A DNA stretch of 56,192 nt, from the IMG/VR virus record IMGVR_UViG_3300008113_000177, positions 1 through 56,192 of that record; one strand, 5' to 3'. A program made the translations under genes and the position numbers. Positions 46,604 to 55,873 of this stretch are shown here, one piece after another (position 1 is the first letter of the stretch; each line of letters starts with the position of its first letter). The DNA is from a virus. Taxonomy: Duplodnaviria; Caudoviricetes. The notes beneath the pieces were generated by a model. The model did not search any database, was not told where the DNA came from, and saw only the letters and a list, made by a program, of their open reading frames with translations.

Positions 46604-47463
46604 GACATATTCCTAACGAACTTCATTACATCCTCAGCTGATGTTGCGTGGTCTCGTGTCGAAGCTTTCTTGAGAGGTGTTCCGATGGTCGTAGTAAGTT
46701 GCGTTGCAGTTGACCAGTGTTTCCATACAGAGTTGATTGTGACCATATCTGCGTTGCCCCACTTGTTGGTGAGGTTCTGGCAAGCATTCACCAGGGTCTC
46801 ACCACTAATACCTTTGTTGACCATCTGGTAGAGGATGAAGTAAACGGACTTCCATTCAGTGACGTTGAAGTCAGATGCCTGTAGTGATGGATACTTCCAT
46901 TCCCTGAATGCTACGTAAAGCTCACGTGCTGGGTCATCATCCTTTGGAAGGGATACCTTTGAGCGTTTCTTTGTTGGAGCCTTTGGCTCAACAGCCTCTG
47001 GTACAGAGGATATATAGTTAATTGATTCTTGTTCTAATTGTTTCTTGTTAATTGGGGTACTAATTTCTTTACCCTCCCCCCTATAAGATTCTTTACCCTC
47101 CCCCTCCAAAATACTTTCCCCCTGATAGCCGGGAAGGATGATGTATTCGTTACTTGTTTGACGTCCTTCTTGGAACCTCATGCGACGTGATACAACCTTA
47201 CATCCTTCAATCTCTTTTGTCTCTAGCCCTGCGATTGCTGCACGTATCGTAGGTGCTGATAAGCCTGTTGACTTCATTAGTCTAGGGATAGATGGGAAGC
47301 ACACACCTTCTTGGTCAGCGTGTAATGAGATAGCGCAGAACACCATCCATTCACTTGACGTGAACTTATTCATATGCTGGAGTATGCGGTGTTCAAGTTG
47401 CACAAAAGAACTATGTTCGGACGTACGTAAGCTACGTGTCCTACCGTTGAATATTGTAATCAT
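46600..47463 (-). CDS. Replication initiator (lambda O-like, N-terminal winged HTH)
   Basis: CFPSIPRLMKSTGLSAPTIRAAIAGLE...TSNEY; internal iterons; upstream of loader and DnaB. Confidence 0.8.
   Translation of the reverse strand: MITIFNGRTRSLRTSEHSSFVQLEHRILQHMNKFTSSEWMVFCAISLHADQEGVCFPSIPRLMKSTGLSAPTIRAAIAGLETKEIEGCKVVSRRMRFQEGRQTSNEYIILPGYQGESILEGEGKESYRGEGKEISTPINKKQLEQESINYISSVPEAVEPKAPTKKRSKVSLPKDDDPARELYVAFREWKYPSLQASDFNVTEWKSVYFILYQMVNKGISGETLVNACQNLTNKWGNADMVTINSVWKHWSTATQLTTTIGTPLKKASTRDHATSAEDVMKFVRNMS
47042..47122 (-). repeat. Iterons (probable origin) inside the initiator gene
   Basis: Three ~21-bp-period units GGG(G/T)AAAG(T/A)A, encoding GESILE/GKESYR/GKEIST, followed by A-rich sequence. 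Confidence 0.7.
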
Positions 47464-47568
47464 GTTGCCTACCTATAAAGCGAATATTCCCCTCAGTTAA
47501 TGTGCTTCAGGGAATAGGACTATATCACATACGATTAGATACACCTTGTATCCGTTCGCCTATGTATC

Positions 47569-48021
47569 TCATGTGTTTAGTGTCTTCTCCCATCTTGCTT
47601 TCCTACACGTTGGTTGGTCTGTCCTACGTGGCTTGCCATCTGTATGTGACCATAACCCACCTTGTGTCATAGCCACCATAGTCCAACCAGATGCCTTGAG
47701 TGTCGTACCAAGTTCGTCTTCTAAGATATACGTTTGTATCTTCTTGTAGCCGATAGCTTTACCAGCACGTGCAGCTGCCCCATACAGTATTGAACAGGCG
47801 TTGAACGTGCCATCTGTAACCAAACGTGTGACTTCAAGGACTTCTGAATAGTTGATGGCTCGTGCTACTGGACGTCCTACGATACAAGCTCCACGTAATA
47901 CTCCATCAGCGTCTACGCATCCGATAGAGAACCTATGACCACGTGCAGGTTTGTGATGCCTATGGTGTAGTTCAACGAATGCGTTTGCTTGCTTTAGTTC
48001 AAGGGAGACTATCTTTAACAT
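47569..48021 (-). CDS. XF1762-family / Mom-like GNAT-fold protein (putative DNA modification)
   Basis: ANAFVELHHRHHKP..GHRFSIG...VGRPVAR...LEVTRL...NACSILYGAAAR...TYIL..E.G..LKASGW. Confidence 0.75.
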   Translation of the reverse strand: MLKIVSLELKQANAFVELHHRHHKPARGHRFSIGCVDADGVLRGACIVGRPVARAINYSEVLEVTRLVTDGTFNACSILYGAAARAGKAIGYKKIQTYILEDELGTTLKASGWTMVAMTQGGLWSHTDGKPRRTDQPTCRKARWEKTLNT

Positions 48022-48569
48022 TACTTGTCCTTCCTGAAAGGACACTCGTCACATAGTGACGTGCAGTTGTTAGCCTGGTGAAGAACCGCATTCGCTTCAG
48101 ATACAGACATACCTTTAGGGACGCTCACCTGCTCTATATTATTCTTAGGTAATGGTTCACCACGTACCTCTTCCATCAAGGTAGTGATAGTCCAATCTTC
48201 AGCCTTTGCCCGTTTTAGTAACTCTGTCTGCTTCTCAGGGTCAAGCTTTGCTACAACCCGGTGATGTGTCCAGCTAAGACCTGCGACACGCCTATCTTTA
48301 TCAACTGCCTTGCTAACCCATACATAGTTAGCGAGTGACTGATACGACTGCCCTGTCACGTCAACAGCTTGAGCGTAGCGTTCACCATAACGGCTTTCAC
48401 CATAGAGGAGTGCATCCCCTATGGCGAACTGGAACGCCGTATCCATACGACTGAGAGTACCCATAAGGGTTGACCATTGGTCAAAGGACAACTCCTTGAC
48501 AACAGACAACCCTGTTTCACTTATGGATACAGAATCGGTAAGGCTACCGATATGTACCACTTCACTCAT
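48021..48569 (-). CDS. LmbU-like / DNA-binding hypothetical protein
   Basis: FAIGDALLYGE.RYGE.Y...LSWTHHRVVA motif. Confidence 0.55.
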   Translation of the reverse strand: MSEVVHIGSLTDSVSISETGLSVVKELSFDQWSTLMGTLSRMDTAFQFAIGDALLYGESRYGERYAQAVDVTGQSYQSLANYVWVSKAVDKDRRVAGLSWTHHRVVAKLDPEKQTELLKRAKAEDWTITTLMEEVRGEPLPKNNIEQVSVPKGMSVSEANAVLHQANNCTSLCDECPFRKDK

Positions 48570-48805
48570 AGCTTGAATCCTACAAACATATTGAACTTCT
48601 GAGCCAAAGTCTTAGGTGTCCTATCCTTTGTTGCATAAACCTCTTTTGTCAGTAGGTTAATCGTCTGGTCTAACTTCTCAAGGACGTTTGATACAGGGAA
48701 CTGAGGTTGCCCTGTCTTTAGTTCTTCATTCACCTGGATGCAATGAGCCTTAGCCCTAAGTTGCACTAGTCCTTCAAGCACATTCTCAAGCTCACTTCGT
48801 CTCAT
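48566..48805 (-). CDS. Hypothetical protein
   Basis: Start revised to MRRSEL at 48805. Confidence 0.55.
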   Translation of the reverse strand: MRRSELENVLEGLVQLRAKAHCIQVNEELKTGQPQFPVSNVLEKLDQTINLLTKEVYATKDRTPKTLAQKFNMFVGFKL

Positions 48806-49382
48806 CTTTAGTCTCCATAAGCGTTTTGATGGTGATGCTTTCTCCACCTTCCACTACAGCAAACCCGAATGCTTCAGCACTTGATGGGTCACTCAACAAC
48901 TTAGCCTTCACTGAATCTGGAACCATAGATATAAGTACAGATTCCTGTACCTTGATAGCCTGTGGACATTCCAACTTTGCGAATGCTAGTGCAACATTAG
49001 ATGTCATTACCTTTATCGTTGGTGTTGTCGTACGTTGACCGATAGTCCCGAATGGGCATCGATACGTCTTGCTACGAAGGTTGCCTTCCTTATCTCTAGG
49101 GAGGAGTGTGTTTGCTACCTTTGCAGCTTGACCTTCATACATAGCCCTAAGGTAAGTGACCTTAGACTTATGACGCTTGACCATCTTATTGATGTTCTCT
49201 AAGACAGACTTGTACTTCATCTCTTCTGCTGCAGCACGTGTCTCAGCGTCAAGAAGGATTCTCATATACTTGAGAAGGTCTTCTTCACCTTCAAGGATTG
49301 AGGGGAGGTCTCTCCCCGTTGGTCCCGCATACTCGCCTGTCTCATCATCAAACAGGTCACCGTCAATCTCAATAATAGCCAT
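48792..49382 (-). CDS. Gam/Gp157-like protein
   Basis: Coiled coil then SKTYRCPFGTIGQR; next to ERF. Confidence 0.6.
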   Translation of the reverse strand: MAIIEIDGDLFDDETGEYAGPTGRDLPSILEGEEDLLKYMRILLDAETRAAAEEMKYKSVLENINKMVKRHKSKVTYLRAMYEGQAAKVANTLLPRDKEGNLRSKTYRCPFGTIGQRTTTPTIKVMTSNVALAFAKLECPQAIKVQESVLISMVPDSVKAKLLSDPSSAEAFGFAVVEGGESITIKTLMETKDETK

Positions 49383-49396
49383 ACCTACCTACCTTT

Positions 49397-50137
49397 CTAT
49401 TCGTTCGCTTCCAAACATCCAGTGATGAATACATCTGCCTCTGCTTTGTCTTTGCATTCAGACAAACAATCTGCTACGTGTGATAGTGAATCCTTTGTGA
49501 TAGGAACCTCTGAACCGCCAGCTGCGACAGCGTTGTGGATTCCCTTACGGTCAGCCTTAGATGTCTCTTTACCCCAGAGCCTATCAATCTCTGCGTTGAA
49601 CCTATCCAATGGTGCAGGTACTGTTGGCGCAGGTGTCTTAGGTGCTTGCTTTTGTGGAGTCTGCGGCTGTCGCAAAGGTTGTTGTGGAGCCTGAGATTGA
49701 TTCTGGTATCCACTAGCATTGTTGCCGTCATCATCCGTATCTGATGCTTCACCGATAGCCAAGAGTGCAGACAAGCTATATCTGCGCCCATAAGTAATAG
49801 CAGAGCCTACTCGATGTGCATCTACTGGCTGTACCTTGCCATCCCTGTTAATGATAGGGTTGACTGGTACAGATACTTCATTAGCAATCCACTCACCACT
49901 AGCATGAATCAACGTGGAGCGAACAGTAATCTCGCTATCAGTATGGCTTTGCACTGACTGTGACAAGAAGATGTTGTACTGACTAAGTACTGGACGAACA
50001 GACAGTAGAATGCTATCAAGCGTGATGTATTTACTACGGAAAATAGGGTTGTTGCCATCCTTTGCAACACCATTAATGCCAGCCTGAACCTTCACAAGGT
50101 CAGGTGCAATACTAGACAACGAATCTGAATGAAACAT
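49397..50137 (-). CDS. erf: ERF-family single-strand annealing protein
   Basis: KDGNNP.FRSKY.TLD, LIHASGEW, GSAITYGRRYSL, DDDGN. Confidence 0.92.
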   Translation of the reverse strand: MFHSDSLSSIAPDLVKVQAGINGVAKDGNNPIFRSKYITLDSILLSVRPVLSQYNIFLSQSVQSHTDSEITVRSTLIHASGEWIANEVSVPVNPIINRDGKVQPVDAHRVGSAITYGRRYSLSALLAIGEASDTDDDGNNASGYQNQSQAPQQPLRQPQTPQKQAPKTPAPTVPAPLDRFNAEIDRLWGKETSKADRKGIHNAVAAGGSEVPITKDSLSHVADCLSECKDKAEADVFITGCLEANE

Positions 50138-50159
50138 ATGTTTTCTCCCTTACGTAGAA

Positions 50160-50188
50160 AGTGTACTCCAAGAATACTGTATTGTCAA
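50160..50188 (-). promoter_or_regulatory. Sigma70-type promoter for recombination genes
   Basis: TTGACA-N17-TACACT, followed by a GGGAG RBS. Confidence 0.7.
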
Positions 50189-50835
50189 TAATCCATCTTA
50201 GACAAAAGAAGTTCTTCTTCATCATCATCTGGGTAGAGGTTTGAGATTTCCTCAAGGTTGAATGGTGATTCAGTATCCTGGAGTATGAGGAAGTCAGCTT
50301 GTGAATAAATCTTTGTGACTGGGATGTATTCAAGTATCATCGCTGGGTTGAGCATAGCCTCTTCAGGGTTATCGCTCGTATCCTTTATGACGCCTAATGC
50401 GTGTTCTATATCAGCTGATACTACTTGATGTGGCTTGCCGTTGATTAGTCTATGGACGCATCCAAGCTTGCCATCCTGTACCTTTGCCACCCGGTAAACA
50501 AACCCGCCAAAGTCTGGTGTAAGTCTGCCATCTGGTGCATCTGTAGGGCAGGTACATAGTGTTCCATTACATCCTAGTGCCTGTACCTTACGTCCGTTGT
50601 ATTCAAAGAAACGGTAACGATTCATCAAGGTACGAAGTTGTATTCTTGTGTTGTACTCGATGCCGTTCTGCGTTACTTCATCATCAAAGATAACTGCATA
50701 TCGCCATCCATCCTTCTCTGACTCTTGTATGAGATTGATACCCTCTATGGTCTCCATATTGACCCATACGTAGTCTCCACCTGTCTTCTGGAACACGTAG
50801 TCCCAACAATCAATACTTGGTTTCAAATAGCCCAT
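50185..50835 (-). CDS. Hypothetical protein
   Basis: GGAGG RBS before MGYLKPS; acidic tail. Confidence 0.7.
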   Translation of the reverse strand: MGYLKPSIDCWDYVFQKTGGDYVWVNMETIEGINLIQESEKDGWRYAVIFDDEVTQNGIEYNTRIQLRTLMNRYRFFEYNGRKVQALGCNGTLCTCPTDAPDGRLTPDFGGFVYRVAKVQDGKLGCVHRLINGKPHQVVSADIEHALGVIKDTSDNPEEAMLNPAMILEYIPVTKIYSQADFLILQDTESPFNLEEISNLYPDDDEEELLLSKMDY

Positions 50836-51232
50836 AGTTTGCCTCCACAAATCTTGTAATCTTATCTACGGTTGTCCAGTTGTTAAGTTCTGCCTCAACC
50901 CTTGATATAACCAATAGAACCTCTTCGGTAGAACGACAGATTGTCGTATACCCAGCATCTGCTATCTTTTGCTGTATCTCAGATGCCTTACCTTTCGCAG
51001 CCTTCAGTTCGATAGCTACTGCTTTGCTGCCCCATAGATGGTGTGACGAATGTATGTACAAGTCTGGTAGCCCTGGTGTGTTACCCTGATAGCCTGTCGC
51101 ATAACTGTACGCACCACATTTAGTGCATCTAACCTTAGTTCTAGTCTTCCCTGTTTCAAAGACTTTGTAACCTAGCACCATCAAAGTATCTATCACTTGT
51201 TTTTGTAGTGCTGCTTCAGGCTTAATCCTCAT
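50810..51232 (-). CDS. VRR-NUC family nuclease with Zn-knuckle insert
   Basis: EAALQKQV, PGLPDL, AIELKA.KGK.SEIQ; CTKC. Confidence 0.85.
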   Translation of the reverse strand: MRIKPEAALQKQVIDTLMVLGYKVFETGKTRTKVRCTKCGAYSYATGYQGNTPGLPDLYIHSSHHLWGSKAVAIELKAAKGKASEIQQKIADAGYTTICRSTEEVLLVISRVEAELNNWTTVDKITRFVEANYGLFETKY

Positions 51233-51782
51233 GCGTAACTCTCCATACGTATTGTGCTACGCTTGCAGTAATGGGAGCTTTGAGCATATCTATCTTCCTG
51301 AGTGCCATCTTAAATGCTGTAGGTGTTGGCGCACGTTTACATAATTCAAAGAGACTCTCGTTGTTTTGGATAATCTCTAACCCATTCTTCATAGGTTGTG
51401 TTGGATTCACGATAGGCGTAGTAAACTCCTCAAGGGTTGCATAGTTACGCTTTTGATTCACCTTATCTATGAACTTAACAACCTTCCCACCTGTGATGGA
51501 TACGTCATAAATGGTTGTCCATCCAAAGTCTCCATTTAGAAATGCGATGATATCCTTCTTAGTCCAGTGATGACTTACCTGTCTACGGAACTGACTAACT
51601 AGCACGTGTACCCTGCCTGTCATCCGCTGCTTCATCATGTTGTATTGGATACCTCTCGCTTCCTGTATGGCATCCTCTTTACTTTCAAAGTATCTGGTAA
51701 TGCTGCCCCAACGTAGCTGAGTTACGTGTGCATAGTTACCTCTACCGAAAATGGGCTTGCGTCCCGTTTTAGTTTCTGCCAT
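51222..51782 (-). CDS. Hypothetical protein
   Basis: Leader GAAAGGAATAGATAGATAGAT-ATG. Confidence 0.7.
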   Translation of the reverse strand: MAETKTGRKPIFGRGNYAHVTQLRWGSITRYFESKEDAIQEARGIQYNMMKQRMTGRVHVLVSQFRRQVSHHWTKKDIIAFLNGDFGWTTIYDVSITGGKVVKFIDKVNQKRNYATLEEFTTPIVNPTQPMKNGLEIIQNNESLFELCKRAPTPTAFKMALRKIDMLKAPITASVAQYVWRVTHED

Positions 51783-51849
51783 CTATCTATCTATCTATTC
51801 CTTTCGTGCGAACTGGTTTCAGAACTGGTTTCAAAAAGAGAAAACGGAC

Positions 51850-51972
51850 TCACCGCTTGCCTGAAAAGACAAGGGTGAATCCGATTACTAGTAAACCAAT
51901 CGCTAAAGGTACATATCCCATAAACAGGGTAGACCATCCTAGGAAACAAACAAAGCTTCCAGTCTGCCTCAT
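51850..51972 (-). CDS. Small membrane protein (40 aa)
   Basis: Read by hand: MRQTGSFVCFLGWSTLFMGYVPLAIGLLVIGFTLVFSGKR*; ATGA overlap. Confidence 0.55.
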   Translation of the reverse strand: MRQTGSFVCFLGWSTLFMGYVPLAIGLLVIGFTLVFSGKR

Positions 51973-52205
51973 GAATACAATCCCTTTACATTCTTCGCAT
52001 AATCGATAGCTTTGTGTACTAGATTCCACATATGCACACTATCCGTATGTGTGTACAGATACTCTGCGACCTTCGATGCATCCTTATCCTGGAGTGTTGC
52101 ATCAGCTATCTTGTATTCATCTGGTGAGAATGCCTCTATATGGCATTCGGGGAACATCTGCCTGAGACGTTCCAATTCAGCGTTAAATAACTTTTGATTG
52201 AACAT
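51969..52205 (-). CDS. Early hypothetical protein
   Basis: AAGGTAGGTAGGT-ATG leader. Confidence 0.75.
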   Translation of the reverse strand: MFNQKLFNAELERLRQMFPECHIEAFSPDEYKIADATLQDKDASKVAEYLYTHTDSVHMWNLVHKAIDYAKNVKGLYS

Positions 52206-52266
52206 ACCTACCTACCTTAGGGAATGAATACCTGTACCAGAAATGATACAGGTATATGTAAACGTA

Positions 52267-52827
52267 TCAGCAGCCTACCGCTGTTACCAAACGTCCAGCG
52301 ATACATTCTTTGATTTCCATACGTGAGTATGCACCAGCTAACTCAATTTGTTGAATGATTCGTTGCATACCATCCCTACCGTAACGGAATGTGATACTTT
52401 CCAAATGACTATTCTTATCAAATTGGAATAATGCATGATTGTGGATATCACCATTCCCATAGACTGAGATTTCTATGTCTAAGCTTCCATCTAGAGGATT
52501 CTTTAATCCTATACTTACAGATTCGATGTCAAGGATATGTTTCCAAAACATAACACGTATATCGTCCAACTGTACCGAATGACGTTTGATGCCATATTGT
52601 GCATAAACGGCATCTGTCACATTATCGATACTTTCATTCCATACCGTATCTCCACCAGCGAATACGCCTATGGTGTTAGGTAATTCCATCACCTGGTGTT
52701 TACTATCATCTACGAATGCGTGATAGAGCTTGAATGGGATACTTTCCCTTTCACATACCGCTATCTGTTCCAACATATCCGACGCTGAGATTTGGTCGAT
52801 ATCGACCGATTCAATTCTGATTTCCAT
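52267..52827 (-). CDS. Early hypothetical protein
   Basis: GTAGGTAGGTAGCT-ATG leader. Confidence 0.75.
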   Translation of the reverse strand: MEIRIESVDIDQISASDMLEQIAVCERESIPFKLYHAFVDDSKHQVMELPNTIGVFAGGDTVWNESIDNVTDAVYAQYGIKRHSVQLDDIRVMFWKHILDIESVSIGLKNPLDGSLDIEISVYGNGDIHNHALFQFDKNSHLESITFRYGRDGMQRIIQQIELAGAYSRMEIKECIAGRLVTAVGC

Positions 52828-52837
52828 AGCTACCTAC

Positions 52838-53167
52838 CTACTCCTTTACTAAACCTTTGTGTGTGTCCCATACAGCGATAAGAATGTCTGCATCTGAGTA
52901 TTCTTCGGTATTATTCAAGTCTGCTACCAGTCTGATAAATTCTCGTTGCCAGACTTCAGCGTGACCCAGATGTTTACATTTGTATAACTCGAATACCATA
53001 TCGACGAATTGCCGTACAGACATAATCGTCGCATAGCTCGTCAAGTCTGGTAGCGTAACGTGAAGGGATGATATTACATCATCCATTTCTATCTTGTATC
53101 CACCTAACGCAATTACCTTTGCCAAGCTCACCAATTCAACATTTGTGAATGTCTTAGATATATTCAT
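52838..53167 (-). CDS. Early hypothetical protein
   Basis: AAAGGTAGGTAGGT-ATG leader. Confidence 0.75.
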   Translation of the reverse strand: MNISKTFTNVELVSLAKVIALGGYKIEMDDVISSLHVTLPDLTSYATIMSVRQFVDMVFELYKCKHLGHAEVWQREFIRLVADLNNTEEYSDADILIAVWDTHKGLVKE

Positions 53168-53181
53168 ACCTACCTACCTTT

Positions 53182-53382
53182 CTATTCTTCGTCCCTATCA
53201 TCATTCGTACCCATATGTTCTTCGATGATTTCGTCATTCTCAAACAGGTAAACCGATTCACCAGCTACCCTGCCATACCCTGATGTCGATAACTCAACGT
53301 ACGATTTGTATGATTCCTGGGCTAATTGACGTGACGCATATTCGCCTATTTTGCCTACGTTACCTACGATAACTGTATACAT
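53182..53382 (-). CDS. Early hypothetical protein
   Basis: Start revised to MYTVIVGNVG at 53382. Confidence 0.7.
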   Translation of the reverse strand: MYTVIVGNVGKIGEYASRQLAQESYKSYVELSTSGYGRVAGESVYLFENDEIIEEHMGTNDDRDEE

Positions 53383-53384
53383 AC

Positions 53385-53639
53385 CTATTCTCCTATCCCT
53401 GCATCGTCGCATACTGTCGCTGAAATAATGATGTTTGTACCTTTAGGGAATTCGATTGTGAAGGTATCACCATTCCAGCTGTAGTAATTATGTGTGTACG
53501 TGATACCTAGTGTGCGCTTGACCTTGCGTACAATCGCTGCATCTGAAGCTTTACCCGTATGCTTTACAGTCTTACGTACAACCCAGCTGTAATTTGGCAC
53601 GTCACAAAACGTATCTGTCATTTCTATACTGAGATTCAT
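53385..53639 (-). CDS. Early hypothetical protein
   Basis: EMTDTF...NYSWV.R motif; TAGGT-ATG coupling. Confidence 0.7.
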   Translation of the reverse strand: MNLSIEMTDTFCDVPNYSWVVRKTVKHTGKASDAAIVRKVKRTLGITYTHNYYSWNGDTFTIEFPKGTNIIISATVCDDAGIGE

Positions 53640-53641
53640 AC

Positions 53642-53935
53642 CTACTCGCTTTCTTCGTCTGTATCGTCTGATTCTTCGGACAATTCGGCAGCATCGTTTA
53701 CAGACTTGGCTATCTCATTCCAATCTACGCTAGACATAAAGCTCCCAACGATATCGCCTATGAATCCTTGGAATACGTTACGTACGGAATTCTCTAGGTA
53801 TTCTTCCACCATTTCCTTGCACCATCCGGCATCGATAGCGTATCCATTTTCCTTGGCTACATCATGCATATCATCGCCAAACCATAGGTTAACCTGCCAC
53901 GTATCTTTATTCGTCCAGCCGTTATAACTTTCCAT
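53642..53935 (-). CDS. Conserved acidic early protein (YNGWTN..TW.V.LW family)
   Basis: Recognisable N-terminal motif, VDWNEIA, acidic tail. Confidence 0.75.
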   Translation of the reverse strand: MESYNGWTNKDTWQVNLWFGDDMHDVAKENGYAIDAGWCKEMVEEYLENSVRNVFQGFIGDIVGSFMSSVDWNEIAKSVNDAAELSEESDDTDEESE

Positions 53936-53937
53936 AC

Positions 53938-54189
53938 CTACCTACCTTTCCCTGCTGGCATAAAACCTGCCACATAATCAGCGATACTCTTATCTGTGAG
54001 ATTGTACAAACCATAATCAATATCGGAACGAATATCATCTACATCTGATACGCTCCAAAGCTCATTTTCATCTGTGAATACTGCATCAAGATTGTTTGTA
54101 ACGTCATACACTTGGATGCTACACAATCCACGTTCCTGCCAGATGTTCACAGAGAAAATCCTGCCATCGTTTACATTAACTAATGCCAT
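53938..54189 (-). CDS. Early hypothetical protein
   Basis: GAAAGGTAGGTAGGT-ATG leader. Confidence 0.75.
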   Translation of the reverse strand: MALVNVNDGRIFSVNIWQERGLCSIQVYDVTNNLDAVFTDENELWSVSDVDDIRSDIDYGLYNLTDKSIADYVAGFMPAGKGR

Positions 54190-54210
54190 ACCTACCTACC
54201 TTTCATACCT

Positions 54211-54255
54211 AGTCTACCAGAGTGTACGGTAGTGTGATGTGTGAGATATTGCACA
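54211..54255 (-). promoter_or_regulatory. Early promoter with CRP-like box
   Basis: TGTGAGATATTGCACA at 54240-54255; -10 TAGACT at 54216-54211. Confidence 0.6.
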
Positions 54256-54267
54256 CTACCTACCTAC

Positions 54268-54561
54268 CTATCGTCTGATTGTTTTACTTAGTAACGATTG
54301 TTCCATAAATAGATGCAGCATATCGATATCCTCTGCGATGGTATAGCCTACACCAGCTTTATAGTCGTGTTTCCATACCTCAGCTAGATTCTGTACCCTA
54401 CACACTTCGTATGAGCGTGGTTCCCTAAGCTCACCGATACTTTCAGCGATAGATTCTAGCTGTTGAATACGTTTACTCTTATCCTGGATTGTATGTAAAT
54501 CCCTGATATCTGAAAGGATGTCGAATACGCGTTCCTTGCGTGTCAAATTACCTATTACCAT
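54268..54561 (-). CDS. Early hypothetical protein
   Basis: Start revised to MVIGNL at 54561 after AGTAGGTAGGATT. Confidence 0.7.
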   Translation of the reverse strand: MVIGNLTRKERVFDILSDIRDLHTIQDKSKRIQQLESIAESIGELREPRSYEVCRVQNLAEVWKHDYKAGVGYTIAEDIDMLHLFMEQSLLSKTIRR

Positions 54562-54565
54562 AATC

Positions 54566-54877
54566 CTACCTACTTTCCTGAATACGTATGCTGGCAGCCT
54601 GTACATGAGCGTATGCGTCACCCTTTATAGGGTAAAGCTTCAGATAGTTACGGGTACGCATTAACTTGACGTCAAACCTACCTACTACACTTCCATTCCA
54701 TCCGTCACGCTGAATTACTACGATGTGATTTCCATTGTATGCATGACGTGAGTAGAATGGTAATTCGTTATTTGCTACCTCGAAATCCTTCAAGCTCTTA
54801 TATTCTCTGAATATCCTAACACCACGATTTGATGCATAATCAGCAGCAGATGATGCCACATGAATGTCTAACGTCAT
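54566..54877 (-). CDS. Early hypothetical protein
   Basis: GAAAGGTAGGTAGGTT-ATG leader. Confidence 0.7.
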   Translation of the reverse strand: MTLDIHVASSAADYASNRGVRIFREYKSLKDFEVANNELPFYSRHAYNGNHIVVIQRDGWNGSVVGRFDVKLMRTRNYLKLYPIKGDAYAHVQAASIRIQESR

Positions 54878-54937
54878 AACCTACCTACCTTTCATCTGGT
54901 AGGGTATCCAACGGTATGAATACCCTACCTGCTATCA

Positions 54938-55243
54938 TTACCTGTACAAATCACCGGGATTCTGTACGCTATCGCGCATTTCTTCGAATGTCTTATCCTT
55001 TAGCTGGACGTTTGTAATGAATGCGTGTACCCGTTTGGTATCAGCTGATTTCAATTTGCTGCTATTCATTATCAAATCCATAATGTCATTCGGTACGTCG
55101 ATACCAGCATACAATCTGCCATTCGTTACGCTATATGATGTGAATACTACGTGTTTAACAGCTTTCCTGCGTTCCGTACAAACGCATATACCTATGGCAT
55201 CATTCATCTGTACGAATAGAATTCCGCTGACGTTTACTTTCAT
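54938..55243 (-). CDS. Early hypothetical protein
   Basis: ATAGGTAGGTAGTT-ATG leader. Confidence 0.7.
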   Translation of the reverse strand: MKVNVSGILFVQMNDAIGICVCTERRKAVKHVVFTSYSVTNGRLYAGIDVPNDIMDLIMNSSKLKSADTKRVHAFITNVQLKDKTFEEMRDSVQNPGDLYR

Positions 55244-55245
55244 AA

Positions 55246-55458
55246 CTACCTACCTATCCTTTCCTTGACACAAGTACTTGCGTTCAAATCGTATAGTAAT
55301 ATTGTCTTATTCGGGAATTGTTCAGCTATGGAATCAAACGCATTCATAGCATCATCCAAAGTTTCACACGCGCATTTGACACCATTACCGACAACCCAAA
55401 TACTAAAGCTCGCCCAAACGGATTTTGATGCTAGGCATCTGCATTCTTCTAACGTCAT
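55246..55458 (-). CDS. Early hypothetical protein
   Basis: GAAAGGTAGGTAGGTT-ATG leader. Confidence 0.7.
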   Translation of the reverse strand: MTLEECRCLASKSVWASFSIWVVGNGVKCACETLDDAMNAFDSIAEQFPNKTILLYDLNASTCVKERIGR

Positions 55459-55480
55459 AACCTACCTACCTTTCAATAAG

Positions 55481-55525
55481 AGTATACTACGCTATACGGT
55501 AGTATGTAATGTGAGATATTCCACA
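55481..55525 (-). promoter_or_regulatory. Early promoter with CRP-like box
   Basis: TGTGAGATATTCCACA at 55510-55525; -10 TATACT at 55486-55481. Confidence 0.6.
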
Positions 55526-55798
55526 CTAGTCTGCGTCATTCCATAGCAGGATATCGCTGCAATTATCATCGTCGGATAGCACAATCCATCCTGTAGGTTT
55601 GTAGCCATTACGTTCCTCCAGCTGATTGTATATCGTGGCAGATTCCGGTGAATTTGGCATACGCTCAGATGCTGCCGGTTTATAGTACTGTTGCATTTTG
55701 CATAGTCGTTTGTATTCATTACTCCACATACCAGAATGGTAATGTGTGAAATACCAATAGTATCCTTGACATATCGCAAACCTATCGAATGATTCCAT
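55526..55798 (-). CDS. Conserved early phage protein (FDRF.IC...YH.G.WS..Y.RL type)
   Basis: Motif recalled from phage early regions; GAAAGGTAGGGTAG leader. Confidence 0.7.
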   Translation of the reverse strand: MESFDRFAICQGYYWYFTHYHSGMWSNEYKRLCKMQQYYKPAASERMPNSPESATIYNQLEERNGYKPTGWIVLSDDDNCSDILLWNDAD

Positions 55799-55828
55799 AA
55801 CTAACTACCCTACCTTTCCTACACATCT

Positions 55829-55873
55829 ATTCTACTACACTATCCGGTATCTAAGTATGTGAAGTATCTCACA
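55829..55873 (-). promoter_or_regulatory. Early promoter with perfect CRP-consensus box
   Basis: TGTGA-AGTATC-TCACA at 55858-55873; -10 TAGAAT at 55834-55829. Confidence 0.65.

Noticed and set aside
3697-47500. Numerous antisense or nested ORFs in the track (e.g. 3697..4158, 17277..17852, 36746..37396, 44907..45455)
   Set aside because: They are shadows of well-supported genes, with no RBS or motifs.
52200-55820. TACCTACCTACC repeats as a CRISPR array or integron attC sites
   Set aside because: Repeats are 11-17 nt, separated by whole genes and fixed at start codons. No cas or integron integrase gene.
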